41,704 bases of DNA from Coriobacteriales bacterium (GTDB taxonomy: Bacteria; Actinomycetota; Coriobacteriia; Coriobacteriales; UBA8131), in NCBI GenBank assembly GCA_031263105.1, contig JAISGJ010000063.1:1-41704 (forward strand), in the 5' to 3' direction. The notes beneath the pieces are model-generated. The model was not told the origin of the DNA, ran no database searches, and worked only from the letters and a program-made list of their open reading frames with translations. A program made the translations under genes and the position numbers. Of this stretch, positions 19,179 to 30,212 are shown piece after piece (position 1 is the stretch's first letter; each line of letters begins with the position of its first letter).

Positions 19179-20378
19179 ATGCCGGTACAGCCCAAGATAG
19201 TCTCCCCCCAGGGCCCTGCCGCCTTGAGCGTGGCACGCAAGGCGGTGCGGCGCGTCCTTGCGGTCGTCAACCTCCCGCTGCTGCTCGCGCTCGTCGCGTT
19301 GGTCGCCTACGGCCTGCTCGTCGTCAACAGCGCGACCGTCGGCAGCGAGCGCTTCTCCTTCAACCGTCAGCTGCTGGGCGTCGGGATCGGCGTGGTGGCC
19401 GGGGCCGTGCTCTGGCGCGTCGACTACCATCGTCTCGCCGTCCTCGTCGTGCCGCTGCTCGTCCTCGACTTCCTCCTCATCCTCTCCCCGCTGCTGCCCG
19501 TCATCGGCGTGACGGTCAACGGGGCGCGAAGCTGGATAGAGCTGTTCGGCCAGCGGTTCCAGCCGGGCGAGACGGCGAAGATAGTGACCATCGTCGTCAT
19601 GGCGGCACTCGTCGCGCGCTACCGCGGCAGGCTCGACTCCGGCAAGGAGTACCTGAAGTGCCTCGGCATCCTTTTGGCCCTGCTGCTGGCCGTCATGCTG
19701 CAGCCCGACATGGGGACCGGCCTGGTGTTCTTCGCCATCGGCGTCACGGTGCTCTTCGCAGGAGGGGCGAGCTGGAAGTGGCTGCTCGTCACGTTCGTCG
19801 CCGTGGCCGGCGCCGTCGCCCTCGTCATCTGGCTCGACCCCTTCCTCGACGAGGCGTTCGGCTCCGACGTGCTGCTCAAGGACTACCAGATGAACCGGCT
19901 GCTCGTCTTCCTCGACGAGGACCTGGACCCGACCGGGGTGGGGTATAATCTCTCCCAGGCGAAGATAGCCATCGGCTCCGGGGGGATGTTCGGGAAGGGC
20001 CTGCACCAGGCGACCCAGTCGACGCTCGGCTTCCTCCCCGAGGCACCGACGGACTTCATCTTCTGCGTGCTGGCGGAGGAGCTCGGCTTCATGGGCTGCG
20101 TCCTTCTGCTGGGGCTGTACGCGGCGCTTGTCGGCATCGGCCTCTGGGTCGCCGTGAAGGCGGACGACCCCTTCGGCACCCTGATCGTCATGGGCTGCGT
20201 GGGCATGTGGGTGTTCCAGGTCCTGGAGAACATCGGCATGACCTGCGGGCTGATGCCCATCACGGGCATCCCGCTCCCCTTCGTGAGCTACGGGTCGTCG
20301 TTCATGCTCACGAACTTCATGGCAGTGGGGCTGCTCATGTCCATTTGGGCGCATCGCGCCGCACGGAAGGCCAGATGA
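19179..20378 (+). CDS. rodA: RodA (SEDS family peptidoglycan polymerase)
   Basis: GARSWI, FQPGE, QPDMGT, AIGSGG, PEAPTDFIF, PITGIPLPFVSYGSS. Confidence 0.93.
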   Translation: MPVQPKIVSPQGPAALSVARKAVRRVLAVVNLPLLLALVALVAYGLLVVNSATVGSERFSFNRQLLGVGIGVVAGAVLWRVDYHRLAVLVVPLLVLDFLLILSPLLPVIGVTVNGARSWIELFGQRFQPGETAKIVTIVVMAALVARYRGRLDSGKEYLKCLGILLALLLAVMLQPDMGTGLVFFAIGVTVLFAGGASWKWLLVTFVAVAGAVALVIWLDPFLDEAFGSDVLLKDYQMNRLLVFLDEDLDPTGVGYNLSQAKIAIGSGGMFGKGLHQATQSTLGFLPEAPTDFIFCVLAEELGFMGCVLLLGLYAALVGIGLWVAVKADDPFGTLIVMGCVGMWVFQVLENIGMTCGLMPITGIPLPFVSYGSSFMLTNFMAVGLLMSIWAHRAARKAR

Positions 20379-20409
20379 GGCGCCGTGGTTGCAAGGAAGG
20401 CGGTCGTCG

Positions 20410-21516
20410 ATGAGTAGTCATCGTCTCCCCAGGAAGCGAAGGGCGCGTGCGCTCCCGGTCAGCCCTTCGGGGCTTCTGGAGGCCATCGGCCTCGTCGAGG
20501 AGCAGGGCGCACAGCCGTGCAGGCTCACGGTCCTCGTGGACAGCTCGATAGACCCGGGGCTCCTCTCCTTTGCCCGGCAGGCCTTCCGCCCCCAGGCCGA
20601 CAACCTCGCCGTCGAGGTGACGCCCTATTTCGATGCCGTGCCCCCCATCGCCGAAGACAGCACCCTCGCCGTGGTGCTGGCGGCCGAGGCCCCCGTGACA
20701 GGGCAGCTCCTCGTCCAGGCGCTCAGGCAGCAGGTGCCCGCCGCCGTGGTGACGCTCGACGCCGTGCGCCTCCAGCGCCTTGCGCGCGACCGCTACAACG
20801 AGATAGACCCCCTCTCCATCGTGACCGTGGAGGAGCGCGGGGCGGGGCGCAGGGCGTCCCGGGAGGAGCGCGGGGCAGTGCAGGGCGCGGGGCGCGGGGC
20901 GCAGGGCGCGGAGCGCGGGGCGGGGCCCAAGGCGCAGGGGCGCTTCGAGCGGCTGTTCGACGCGCTCGGGGCCTGGGTCGTCCGCAGGCTCCCGGACGAG
21001 CAGCTTGCCCTGGCGCGCGCCCTCGGATTCGTGCGCGGGCCGTTCGTGAGGAACGCCGTCCAGGCGGTCGCCCTGCAGAACGCGGCGATAGCGGCCGTCT
21101 TCTTCCTCCCCGGTGCCGACATGCCGCTTCTGACCTTGAACCAGATGAGGCTCTTCCTCAGGATAGCGGCGGCCTATGACGTGGCGTTCGACCGCCAGCG
21201 CATCTACGAGCTCGCCGTCCTTCTGCTCTCGGGCCTCGGCTTCCGCACGTTGGCCCGTCGGCTCGTCGGCATGGTGCCGGTGCTGGGCTGGGCCGTCCGT
21301 GGGGGAGTCGGCTATACCGGCACCTTGGCGATAGGCGCGGCGGCACAGGAGTACTTCGAGAGGGGCGGGGACCTGCGCTCCCTTCTCGCGCGCCCGCAGG
21401 GCCGGTCGCAGCCGGACGCGGGGCCGTCGGACGCGGGGCAGCCGGATGAGGGGCAGCCGGATACCGAGCAGCCGGACGCGGGGCCGTCGGACGCGAAGGC
21501 CGGTGTGCGCCCTTGA
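20410..21516 (+). CDS. Hypothetical protein, possibly DUF697-like C-terminal region
   Basis: Long host-like ORF within the operon; PGADMPLLTLNQ...VPVLGWAV segment. Confidence 0.65.
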   Translation: MSSHRLPRKRRARALPVSPSGLLEAIGLVEEQGAQPCRLTVLVDSSIDPGLLSFARQAFRPQADNLAVEVTPYFDAVPPIAEDSTLAVVLAAEAPVTGQLLVQALRQQVPAAVVTLDAVRLQRLARDRYNEIDPLSIVTVEERGAGRRASREERGAVQGAGRGAQGAERGAGPKAQGRFERLFDALGAWVVRRLPDEQLALARALGFVRGPFVRNAVQAVALQNAAIAAVFFLPGADMPLLTLNQMRLFLRIAAAYDVAFDRQRIYELAVLLLSGLGFRTLARRLVGMVPVLGWAVRGGVGYTGTLAIGAAAQEYFERGGDLRSLLARPQGRSQPDAGPSDAGQPDEGQPDTEQPDAGPSDAKAGVRP

Positions 21517-23474
21517 GCGAGGACGTCTCCTTGTGGGAGAGGATAGAGCCGCTGCTGGCGAAGGTCGAGCGGCCCTCCCGCTACCTCGACCACGAGTACC
21601 GCGCGGCGCGGCCGCGCAAGGCAGCCTACCGCGCGGCGCTGCTGTATCCCGACACCTACGAGCTGGGGCAGTCGAACCAGGCGATAGCCATCCTGTACAG
21701 CATCATAAACGGCCTCGACGGCTGTGCGGCCGAGCGCGTGTACCTGCCCTGGGTCGACATGATCGCCCTCATGCGCACGGAGGGCATACCCCTGTTCACG
21801 CTCGAGGGCACTGCGCCCGTCGCCTCGTTCGACCTGTTGGGCGTCACCTTGCCCCACGAGCTGGCGGCAACGAACATCCTCGAGGCGCTCGACCTGGCGG
21901 GCCTGCCCCTGCACAGCGCCGAGCGCGACGCGCGCCACCCCCTGGTCCTCGGCGGCGGGCCGGGAGCGTTCAACCCCGAGCCGCTGGCGCCGTTCTTCGA
22001 CGCCTTCGTCGTCGGCGAGGGCGAGGAGGTCATAGCCGAGGTCGTCGCGGCCCATCGTGCGCAGCTCGAGGGCGGCGGGGCCCGCGGGGGCCATGACGTC
22101 CGCGCCGCCCGCGAGTCCCACGAGTCCCGCGAGGCCCAGGGTGCCCGCGAGTCCCGCGAGGTCCAGGATCTCCGCGAGGCCCGTGCCGCCCGCGAGGCCC
22201 TGCTCCTGTCCCTCGCCTCCCTTGAGGGGCTGTACGTCCCCTCCCTGTATGCGCCCTCCTCCTCCGGCCTTGTCCCCCGCCACCCGGCGGCCCCGCCCGT
22301 CGTCACCAAGCGCGTCGTGGCGGACTTCGACGCCTGCCCCTCGGTCTGCGACCCCGTGGTCCCCTTTGCCGAGGTCGCCCACGACCGCCTTGCGGTCGAG
22401 GTGCTGCGCGGCTGCAGCAGGGGCTGCCGCTTCTGCCAGGCAGGGATGACCTACCGTCCCGTCCGCGAGCGGACGGCCGACACCATCGTCGCCGCCGTTG
22501 CGCAGGGACTCGCTGCCACAGGCTTCGACGAAGTCAGCCTCACCTCGCTTTCGACGACCGACCACTCGCAGATAGAGCAGGTGCTCCGCCGCCTCAACCG
22601 CCTCCTCGAAGGCACAGGGGTCGGCGTCAGCATACCCTCGCAGCGCCTGGACGCCTTCGGCATCGACATGGCGCGCCTGGTGGCGGGGGAGAAGAAGGCG
22701 GGGCTGACCTTTGCGCCCGAGGCGGGCACCCAGCGTCTGCGCGACGCCATCAACAAGAACGTCACCGAGGACGACCTGCTCGATGCCGTCAGGCGCGCCA
22801 TGGAGGCGGGCTGGCGCCGCTGCAAGCTGTACTTCATGATAGGCCTGCCCGGCGAGACCGACGACGACGTGCAGGGCATCGCCACCCTTGCGAACCGTGC
22901 GTTCGCAGCGGCAAAGGACGCGGTCGAGCCAAACAGGCGCGGCGGGGTGCGCATGACCGTCAGCGTCGCCGTCTTCGTTCCCAAGCCCCACACGCCCTTT
23001 CAATGGGGAGGCCAGCTCGCCCGCGACGAGGTCGCGCGCCGCATCGCCCTGCTCCGGTCGGCAGGCCTCAGCAAGGGCATCGACCTGCGCTGGCACGACC
23101 CTGGGACCTCCCGCATCGAGGCGGCGCTCTCCCGCGCGGGCCGGGAGGCCGCAGCCCTTGTCGAGCAGGCCTGGCGCCAAGGCGCGCTCTTCGATGCCTG
23201 GAGCGAGCGCTTCGACGAGGTCCCGTGGGAGGCCGCCGCCGCACACACGGGCCTGGGCCTGTCCGCCCTGGCCGAGCGGGACTACGCCCTTGACGAGGCG
23301 CTGCCATGGGGCCACATCCACAGCGGCGTCTCCGTCGGCTTCCTCAAGGAGGAGCTTGCGCGCTCACGTGAGGCCGCGACGCTCGGGGACTGCTCCTTCG
23401 GCGGCTGTAGCGCCTGCGGCGTCTGCACGGAGCTTGACGTGCAGGTGCGCCTCGGAGGGGAGTGCCGTGGCTGA
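21513..23474 (+). CDS. TIGR03960-type B12-binding radical SAM protein
   Basis: VERPSRY, YPDTYELGQSN, RGCSRGCRFCQAG, FAPEAGTQRLR, YFMIGLP, FVPKPHTPFQW, C-terminal Cys cluster. Confidence 0.9.
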   Translation: MSEDVSLWERIEPLLAKVERPSRYLDHEYRAARPRKAAYRAALLYPDTYELGQSNQAIAILYSIINGLDGCAAERVYLPWVDMIALMRTEGIPLFTLEGTAPVASFDLLGVTLPHELAATNILEALDLAGLPLHSAERDARHPLVLGGGPGAFNPEPLAPFFDAFVVGEGEEVIAEVVAAHRAQLEGGGARGGHDVRAARESHESREAQGARESREVQDLREARAAREALLLSLASLEGLYVPSLYAPSSSGLVPRHPAAPPVVTKRVVADFDACPSVCDPVVPFAEVAHDRLAVEVLRGCSRGCRFCQAGMTYRPVRERTADTIVAAVAQGLAATGFDEVSLTSLSTTDHSQIEQVLRRLNRLLEGTGVGVSIPSQRLDAFGIDMARLVAGEKKAGLTFAPEAGTQRLRDAINKNVTEDDLLDAVRRAMEAGWRRCKLYFMIGLPGETDDDVQGIATLANRAFAAAKDAVEPNRRGGVRMTVSVAVFVPKPHTPFQWGGQLARDEVARRIALLRSAGLSKGIDLRWHDPGTSRIEAALSRAGREAAALVEQAWRQGALFDAWSERFDEVPWEAAAAHTGLGLSALAERDYALDEALPWGHIHSGVSVGFLKEELARSREAATLGDCSFGGCSACGVCTELDVQVRLGGECRG

Positions 23475-24144
23475 GGTGCGCTTCAGGCTCAGGGTCAGGT
23501 ACCGCAAGCAGGGGCGCCTGCGCTTCCTCTCCCATCTCGAGGTCGTGCGCGCGATGGAGCGCATGGTGCGGCGCGCGCAGCTCCCCTATGCGGTGAGCCA
23601 GGGCTTCAACGCCCATATGCGCTATGCGCCCGGCCCCGCCCTGCCGGTCGGCACAGGAGGCCTCGAGGAGTGCTTCGACGTCTGGCTCACCGCCTTCCTG
23701 CCCTGCGACGAGGCGCTTGCCCGCCTGCAGGAGGCGGGCGTCGGGGACCTGGACGTCGTCGGCGTCTCCTACGTCGACCCACGTGCGAAGGGCCTGCAGG
23801 CGACGCACGTCCACGAGGGCTACGAGGTGCTGCTCGCCTCGAAGGCCCTCACCTGCGCAGGCCTTGACGAGGCCCTGCATGCGCTGAGGGCGCGCGGCGA
23901 GATGTCGGTCGTCAGGGGCGGGAAGGAGAAGCGCTACGACCTCACGCAGGCCTTCGACCGTCCGCCGGAGGTGCGTGAGGGCACCGCGCCCGGCCTCATC
24001 GAGCTCAGGCTCGCCCTGCGCTCCGTCGAGCAGGGCTCCCTGCGTCCTGCTGCGCTCCTTGGGGCGGCCATCGGAAGCGGCATCGACTGGACCTTGGAGT
24101 CGGTGACCCGCGTGCGCCTTTCGGAAGACGAGGTCGAGGGATAG
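23467..24144 (+). CDS. TIGR03936/DUF2344 radical SAM-associated protein
   Basis: RFLSHLE..R..RRA.LP...SQGFN..PALPVG; GTG start overlapping the upstream gene. Confidence 0.88.
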   Translation: MAEVRFRLRVRYRKQGRLRFLSHLEVVRAMERMVRRAQLPYAVSQGFNAHMRYAPGPALPVGTGGLEECFDVWLTAFLPCDEALARLQEAGVGDLDVVGVSYVDPRAKGLQATHVHEGYEVLLASKALTCAGLDEALHALRARGEMSVVRGGKEKRYDLTQAFDRPPEVREGTAPGLIELRLALRSVEQGSLRPAALLGAAIGSGIDWTLESVTRVRLSEDEVEG

Positions 24145-24152
24145 GGGAGGGC

Positions 24153-24632
24153 ATGGCGGGGCTGCACATCGACCTGCTCGCCGTCGGCAGGCTCAAGGAG
24201 GACTACTGGGCCGCAGCCTGCGCGGAGTACGCGAGGCGCCTGGGACGTTACGCGCGCATACGGGTATGCGAGGTCCCTGACACGGGCGCACGCTCGTCGC
24301 ACGACGTGGGCCGTGCGCTTCGTGAGGAGGCCGCGCAGCTGCGCAGGAGGCTGCCGGCCGGCGCCTGCACGGCCATGCTCGACAGCGGGGGCGCGCAGCT
24401 TTCGAGCGAGGGGCTCGCCGCGTTCGTAGCCGAAAGGCAGGGCGAGGCCCATGGCGGGCTGTGCTTCGTCATAGGCGGCTCGTGGGGCATCGACGAAGGG
24501 CTTAAACGGGAGGCGGACCTGCTCTTGTCCCTCGGTCCGCTCACCCTTCCCCACAACCTTGCACGGGTGGTGCTGCTCGAGCAGCTGTACCGTGCCTTCA
24601 AGATTATCAACGGGGAGCCCTACCATAAGTGA
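24153..24632 (+). CDS. rlmH: 23S rRNA pseudouridine-1915 N3-methyltransferase
   Basis: VGRLKE, FVIGGSWG, LTLPHNLARVVLLEQLYRAFKI..GEPYHK. Confidence 0.95.
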   Translation: MAGLHIDLLAVGRLKEDYWAAACAEYARRLGRYARIRVCEVPDTGARSSHDVGRALREEAAQLRRRLPAGACTAMLDSGGAQLSSEGLAAFVAERQGEAHGGLCFVIGGSWGIDEGLKREADLLLSLGPLTLPHNLARVVLLEQLYRAFKIINGEPYHK

Positions 24633-24638
24633 TATGAT
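24630..24638 (+). promoter_or_regulatory. Extended -10 promoter for the chorismate mutase/DAHP synthase/pcrA genes
   Basis: TGaTATGAT about 30 bp upstream of ATG 24670. Confidence 0.45.
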
Positions 24639-24669
24639 GGTGTTTTGCTACGTGACGGAAGGATTGCCC

Positions 24670-25002
24670 ATGCCTGAGAACGCCAAGAGCGCAGGTAACG
24701 CCCAGGGCACTGGGAGCACTGGGAGCAGGGAGAACGACGAGGCCTTCTCCTCCATCGAGGGGCTGCGCGCCGAGATAGACGCCCTGGACGCGGCTCTGGT
24801 AGGGCTGCTGAACAAGCGCGCCGAGCATGCGCTCGCCATCCGGGCCCTCAAGCCGAAGGCGCAGCTGGGGCTCTTCGACCCCCGGCGCGAGGAGGAGATA
24901 TTCGAGCGTGTGTCCGCCCTCAACGAGGGGCCGCTGTACGGCGACGACCTCAGGGCGATCTATGAGGCCATCCTTCGGGTGAGCAAGGAGATGCGAGGAT
25001 GA
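24670..25002 (+). CDS. Chorismate mutase (AroQ type)
   Basis: LRAEIDALDAALVGLLNKR...FDPRREEEI. Confidence 0.88.
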   Translation: MPENAKSAGNAQGTGSTGSRENDEAFSSIEGLRAEIDALDAALVGLLNKRAEHALAIRALKPKAQLGLFDPRREEEIFERVSALNEGPLYGDDLRAIYEAILRVSKEMRG

Positions 25003-25778
25003 CCTACGTTCCCTATCATAAGAAGGACACGATAACCATGCTCGCGGGCCCCTGCTCCATCGAGGGGCCCGAGCAGCTCGACACGGTCGCCTCCGCATTG
25101 AAGGGCGAGGGTCTGACCTGGATACGCGGAGGGGCGTTCAAACCACGGAGCAGCCCGTACTCCTTCCAAGGAATGGGGGTCGAGGGCCTGAGGATCATGG
25201 CCGAGGTCGGTGCGCGCTACGGCCTGGGGACGCTTACCGAGGTCGTGGACACCGCGCACGTGGACCTGGTGTCGTCTTACGTGGACGCCTTGCAGATAGG
25301 CACGCGCAACATGGCGAACTTCGAGCTCCTGAAGCGCATCGGCTCGGCGACGGCCGTGAACCACAAGCCCATCCTGTTCAAACGGGGGATGGCCGCGACG
25401 ATAGACGAGTGGCTCTCGGCGGCCGAGTACCTGACGGCCGACGGCAACCCGAACGTCATGCTGTGCGAGCGCGGCCTGCGCACCTTCGAGACCGCGACGC
25501 GCTTCACGCTCGACATCTCTGCGGTGCCGGTCATCCACAAGCGCTCGCTGCTGCCTGTCTGCGTGGACGTCTCACATCCCGCCGGACAGGTGGACCTCGT
25601 GCCCGCGCTGGCGAAGGCGGCGGTGGCCGCCGGCTGCGACTCGCTCATGATCGAGGTCCACCCCGACCCTCCCCACGCCAAATCGGACGCCTCCCAGCAG
25701 CTGACCGTCGAGGACTTCAAGGCCCTGCTCGCGGACCTTCGCACCGTTGCGGCCGCAGTGGGGAAAACGATCGTCTGA
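24999..25778 (+). CDS. aroF: DAHP synthase, class I-beta, catalytic domain only
   Basis: AGPCSIE, RGGAFKPRSSPYSFQG, QIGTRNM, KRG, LCERG, DVSH, IEVH. Confidence 0.92.
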   Translation: MTYVPYHKKDTITMLAGPCSIEGPEQLDTVASALKGEGLTWIRGGAFKPRSSPYSFQGMGVEGLRIMAEVGARYGLGTLTEVVDTAHVDLVSSYVDALQIGTRNMANFELLKRIGSATAVNHKPILFKRGMAATIDEWLSAAEYLTADGNPNVMLCERGLRTFETATRFTLDISAVPVIHKRSLLPVCVDVSHPAGQVDLVPALAKAAVAAGCDSLMIEVHPDPPHAKSDASQQLTVEDFKALLADLRTVAAAVGKTIV

Positions 25779-28213
25779 TGCCGAGCGCCCCCGCTGACGC
25801 CCCCGCCGGCACCTCCGCTGGCGCCTCCACCAATGCCTCCGCCCATGCCTCCACCAATGCCTCCGTCGACCTGGAGGCCCTGAACACCGAGCAGCGCGCC
25901 GCCGTCTGTTGCACGGAGGGCCCCCTGCTGGTGCTCGCGGGCGCGGGCAGCGGCAAGACCCGTGTGCTCACCTGCCGCATCGCCCACCTCATCGAGGACA
26001 AGGGGGTCGCGCCCTACCAGGTCATGGCGATCACCTTCACGAACAAGGCCGCTGCCGAGATGCGCGCACGCCTGGGCGCCCTGCTCTCGTGCGGCATGCG
26101 GGGGATGTGGGTCGCGACCTTCCACGCCATGTGCGTGCGCATGCTGCGGGCGGACGCCGAGCGCTGCGGCTATCCGCGCGACTTCACGATATACGACGAG
26201 AGCGACTCCCGGCGCCTGATGAAGGACATCCTCGGCGAGCTGAACATCGACCCGAAGCAGCTTCCCCTCAACGTCGTCCGCGAGCGCATCTCGAACGCGA
26301 AGAACGAGCTCGTGGGCGCGGCGGACTTCGAGGCCCGCGCATCCAACGGCCACGAGCGGCTCATCGCGCGCGTCTACCTGCTCCTGCAGGAGCGCCTGGG
26401 GCGTGCCGGCGCGATGGACTTCGACGACCTGCTGATGAACGCCTGGCTGCTGCTGAGCCGTCATGCCGACGTGCTTGCGGCCTATCAGGAGCGCTTCCGC
26501 TACCTCCATATCGACGAGTACCAGGACACGAACCGCGCACAGTACGCCATAGCGCGGCTTCTGGCGGCGGCCCATCACAACATCATGGTCGTCGGCGACG
26601 ACGACCAGTCCATCTACTCCTGGCGCGGGGCCGACCTCCGCAACATCCTCGAGTTCGAACGGGACTACCCCGAGGCGACCGTCGTCAAGCTCGAGCAGAA
26701 CTACCGCTCGACCCAGACCATCCTCGAGGCGGCGAACGCCGTCATCGCGAACAACGCGCGCCGCAAGCCCAAGCGCCTGTTCACGGACGGCAGGAAGGGG
26801 GAGAAGGTCGCCCTGTACCAGGCCTCCGACGAGCGCGACGAGGGCCGTTGGGTGGCCTCCGAGATAGAGCGCCTGCACCGTGAGGGCCGCCCGTATCGCG
26901 ACTTCGCCCTGTTCTATCGCACGAACGCCCAGTCCCGGACCCTGGAGGACATGCTGCTGCGTGCCGGCGTCCCCTACCGCATCGTCGGAGGGACCCGTTT
27001 CTTCGACCGCGCCGAGATACGCGACGTCATGGCCTACCTCAAGCTCGTCGTGAACCCCGCCGACGAGGTCGCCGCCAAGCGTGTCGTCAACGTGCCGAGG
27101 CGCGGGATCGGCAAGACGAGCGTCGAGCAGGTCGAGGCGCTCGCCCGCGAGGAGCGATGCAGCTTCCTCGATGCCGTGAACCTGACGGTGGCCGAAGGCC
27201 GTCTCAGGCCGCAGACCTGTGAGGCGCTTGCCCGCTTCTCCCAGCTGACACAGGACGCGCAGCACTATCGCGGCGGGCTGCGGGACATCGTCGAGACGGT
27301 CGTCGCCAAGAGCGGCCTGCTGGACGCCCTCCAGGCCGAGCGCACCGACGAGGCGCGCGGGCGCATCGAGAACATCCAGGAGTTCTTCGGCGTCGCCCAG
27401 GAGTTCGAAGAGGCCCATATGGATGAGGAGGAGGGCGAGGAGGCCGGGGCCGGCGGAGGGGCCGCCGCCGTCGAGGCCGAGGGCGGGGGAGAGGTGCGGC
27501 CTTTTGATGCCCCTGCCGCCCCCCTGCTCGTCCGCTTCATGGAGTGGCTCGCCCTCAGAAGCGACCTCGACTCCCTCGTCGCCGGCGACGACTACCTCGC
27601 CCTCATGACGATACACTCGGCCAAGGGCCTCGAGTTTCCCGTGGTGTTCGTGGCGGGGCTCGAGGAGTCGCTGTTCCCCCACGTTGCGTCCTCGGACGGG
27701 GCCGAGGGGCTGGAGGAGGAGCGGCGCCTTGCCTATGTCGCCATCACGCGCGCCCGCGAGCTGCTGTACCTCACGCATGCCCAGACGCGCAACCTCTTCG
27801 GGAGCATGCGGGCGAACCCCCGTTCGCGCTTCGTCGCCGAGATCGGAGGCGAGCACCTCAGTCTCAGCGGCGTGGGCTCGGCCGGCTATCAGGGGCTCGG
27901 TTGGGAGAAGCGCGGCGACCGCCATGGAACCTTCGGCTCCGGCACCTTGCGGGAGCAGGAGGGCGGCCGCGTCTTCGGCTCGGGCAGCGCGGGCGGCTCG
28001 TCTGCCGGTGCCGCAGGCGGGCAGCGGGACGCCGCGCTCAAACGGGAGCGGGAGTCGGTCGGCTTCGCCGTCGGCGACGCCGTCGACCACAAGACCTTCG
28101 GCAGCGGCGAGGTCGTCTCCGTCGACGGCGACGTCCTCCACATCCTCTTCTCCCGCAGCGGCGAGACCAAGAAGCTCCTCAAGGGCTACGCCCCCCTCGT
28201 CAAGACCGGCTGA
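25778..28213 (+). CDS. pcrA: ATP-dependent DNA helicase PcrA/UvrD
   Basis: AGAGSGKT, TFTNKAA, DEYQDTN, VGDDDQSIY, LEQNYRS, TIHSAKGLEF, EERRLAYVAITRA; C-terminal Tudor-like domain. Confidence 0.95.
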   Translation: MPSAPADAPAGTSAGASTNASAHASTNASVDLEALNTEQRAAVCCTEGPLLVLAGAGSGKTRVLTCRIAHLIEDKGVAPYQVMAITFTNKAAAEMRARLGALLSCGMRGMWVATFHAMCVRMLRADAERCGYPRDFTIYDESDSRRLMKDILGELNIDPKQLPLNVVRERISNAKNELVGAADFEARASNGHERLIARVYLLLQERLGRAGAMDFDDLLMNAWLLLSRHADVLAAYQERFRYLHIDEYQDTNRAQYAIARLLAAAHHNIMVVGDDDQSIYSWRGADLRNILEFERDYPEATVVKLEQNYRSTQTILEAANAVIANNARRKPKRLFTDGRKGEKVALYQASDERDEGRWVASEIERLHREGRPYRDFALFYRTNAQSRTLEDMLLRAGVPYRIVGGTRFFDRAEIRDVMAYLKLVVNPADEVAAKRVVNVPRRGIGKTSVEQVEALAREERCSFLDAVNLTVAEGRLRPQTCEALARFSQLTQDAQHYRGGLRDIVETVVAKSGLLDALQAERTDEARGRIENIQEFFGVAQEFEEAHMDEEEGEEAGAGGGAAAVEAEGGGEVRPFDAPAAPLLVRFMEWLALRSDLDSLVAGDDYLALMTIHSAKGLEFPVVFVAGLEESLFPHVASSDGAEGLEEERRLAYVAITRARELLYLTHAQTRNLFGSMRANPRSRFVAEIGGEHLSLSGVGSAGYQGLGWEKRGDRHGTFGSGTLREQEGGRVFGSGSAGGSSAGAAGGQRDAALKRERESVGFAVGDAVDHKTFGSGEVVSVDGDVLHILFSRSGETKKLLKGYAPLVKTG

Positions 28214-28288
28214 GCGCCCCTGCACAGATGAGGCCTGGAGCGGGCGCTCTGTGGCCCCGCCGCCCTCTACGCAGGGGTCGCCGTCTCT

Positions 28289-28336
28289 CTGTCATCCTGA
28301 GCGTAATGAGCGCAGCGAATGGAGCGTGAGGATCTT
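28289..28336. repeat. Half copy of the GTCAT(T/C)C palindromic repeat family
   Basis: CTGTCATCCTGAGC...GCGTGAGGATCT resembles the left arm of copy 1 (..GCGTGAGGAACCT). Confidence 0.6.
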
Positions 28337-28384
28337 GGCTGCGACTTCGCCGCTTGCGCGATGTGTTCCTGTGCAGATGAGGCC

Positions 28385-29543
<1,159 letters not shown>

Positions 29544-29545
29544 TG

Positions 29546-29721
29546 CGCTATCAAAAGGTCTACCTTTTGATAGCGTACCGATGGTACCACAAAATCGGCG
29601 AACGCAAGCGCATTCGGCGCGAAAACTGCCCGATTGAGGCAGATCGGAGCAGAAAAGCAGGACTGTGTCCCGAATAACTGACGCAGAACACCCCTGTCAA
29701 AAGGTAGACATATTGAGAGTG
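29546..29721. mobile_element. Candidate invertible DNA segment bounded by inverted recombinase sites
   Basis: Left site CGCTATCAAAAGGT-CT-ACCTTTTGATAGCG (29546-29575). Right site CCCTGTCAAAAGGT-AG-ACATATTGAGAGTG (29692-29721) matches the reverse complement at 24/30. Confidence 0.7.
29581..29591 (-). promoter_or_regulatory. Extended -10 promoter inside the invertible segment, currently pointing away from the island
   Basis: Minus strand TGTGG-TACCAT (TRTGn-TAnnnT), the same class as other promoters in this window. Confidence 0.55.
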
Positions 29722-29746
29722 GGCTAAGAGAAAAGAGGGATGAACT

Positions 29747-29974
29747 ATGAAATACGAATATAAAGTGATTACACCGCAACAATTCAATAAACATGAAGAT
29801 ATTGAGATGATGCATCTAGGCTGGGGTCCAGTAGAAGAAATCGAGAAAGCAATAAATAAACTAGCGAATGAGGGATGGGAATATCTAAATCCGATAGTGT
29901 TCCCATATACAACGGATGGTAAGTGGCTAGCGCATACAAGAGTCCACCTAGTATTCAGGCGAGAAAAATCGTAA
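29747..29974 (+). CDS. DUF4177-like small protein
   Basis: YEYKVI...IEKAINKLANEGWEY...LVFRR pattern; GAGGGA RBS. Confidence 0.75.
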   Translation: MKYEYKVITPQQFNKHEDIEMMHLGWGPVEEIEKAINKLANEGWEYLNPIVFPYTTDGKWLAHTRVHLVFRREKS

Positions 29975-30212
29975 AACAGCCACGTCTTTGCAACAATCCA
30001 TGTGCGTAAATAATTTGGCACACCGGAAATTCCATAGAACGTCAATGGCGAGCGGAGCGAAGCAATCCATAATCGCATTGTAAATGGGTTGCCTCGGTGT
30101 TTCACGTCACCCAATGAGCTGTCATTGGGAAACGTGAAACAGGGAAGGGCACGGAATAGCAGAGTTCGATTGTCACTGGGAAATAATACTTTGCAGAAGA
30201 TAAGGATATGCA

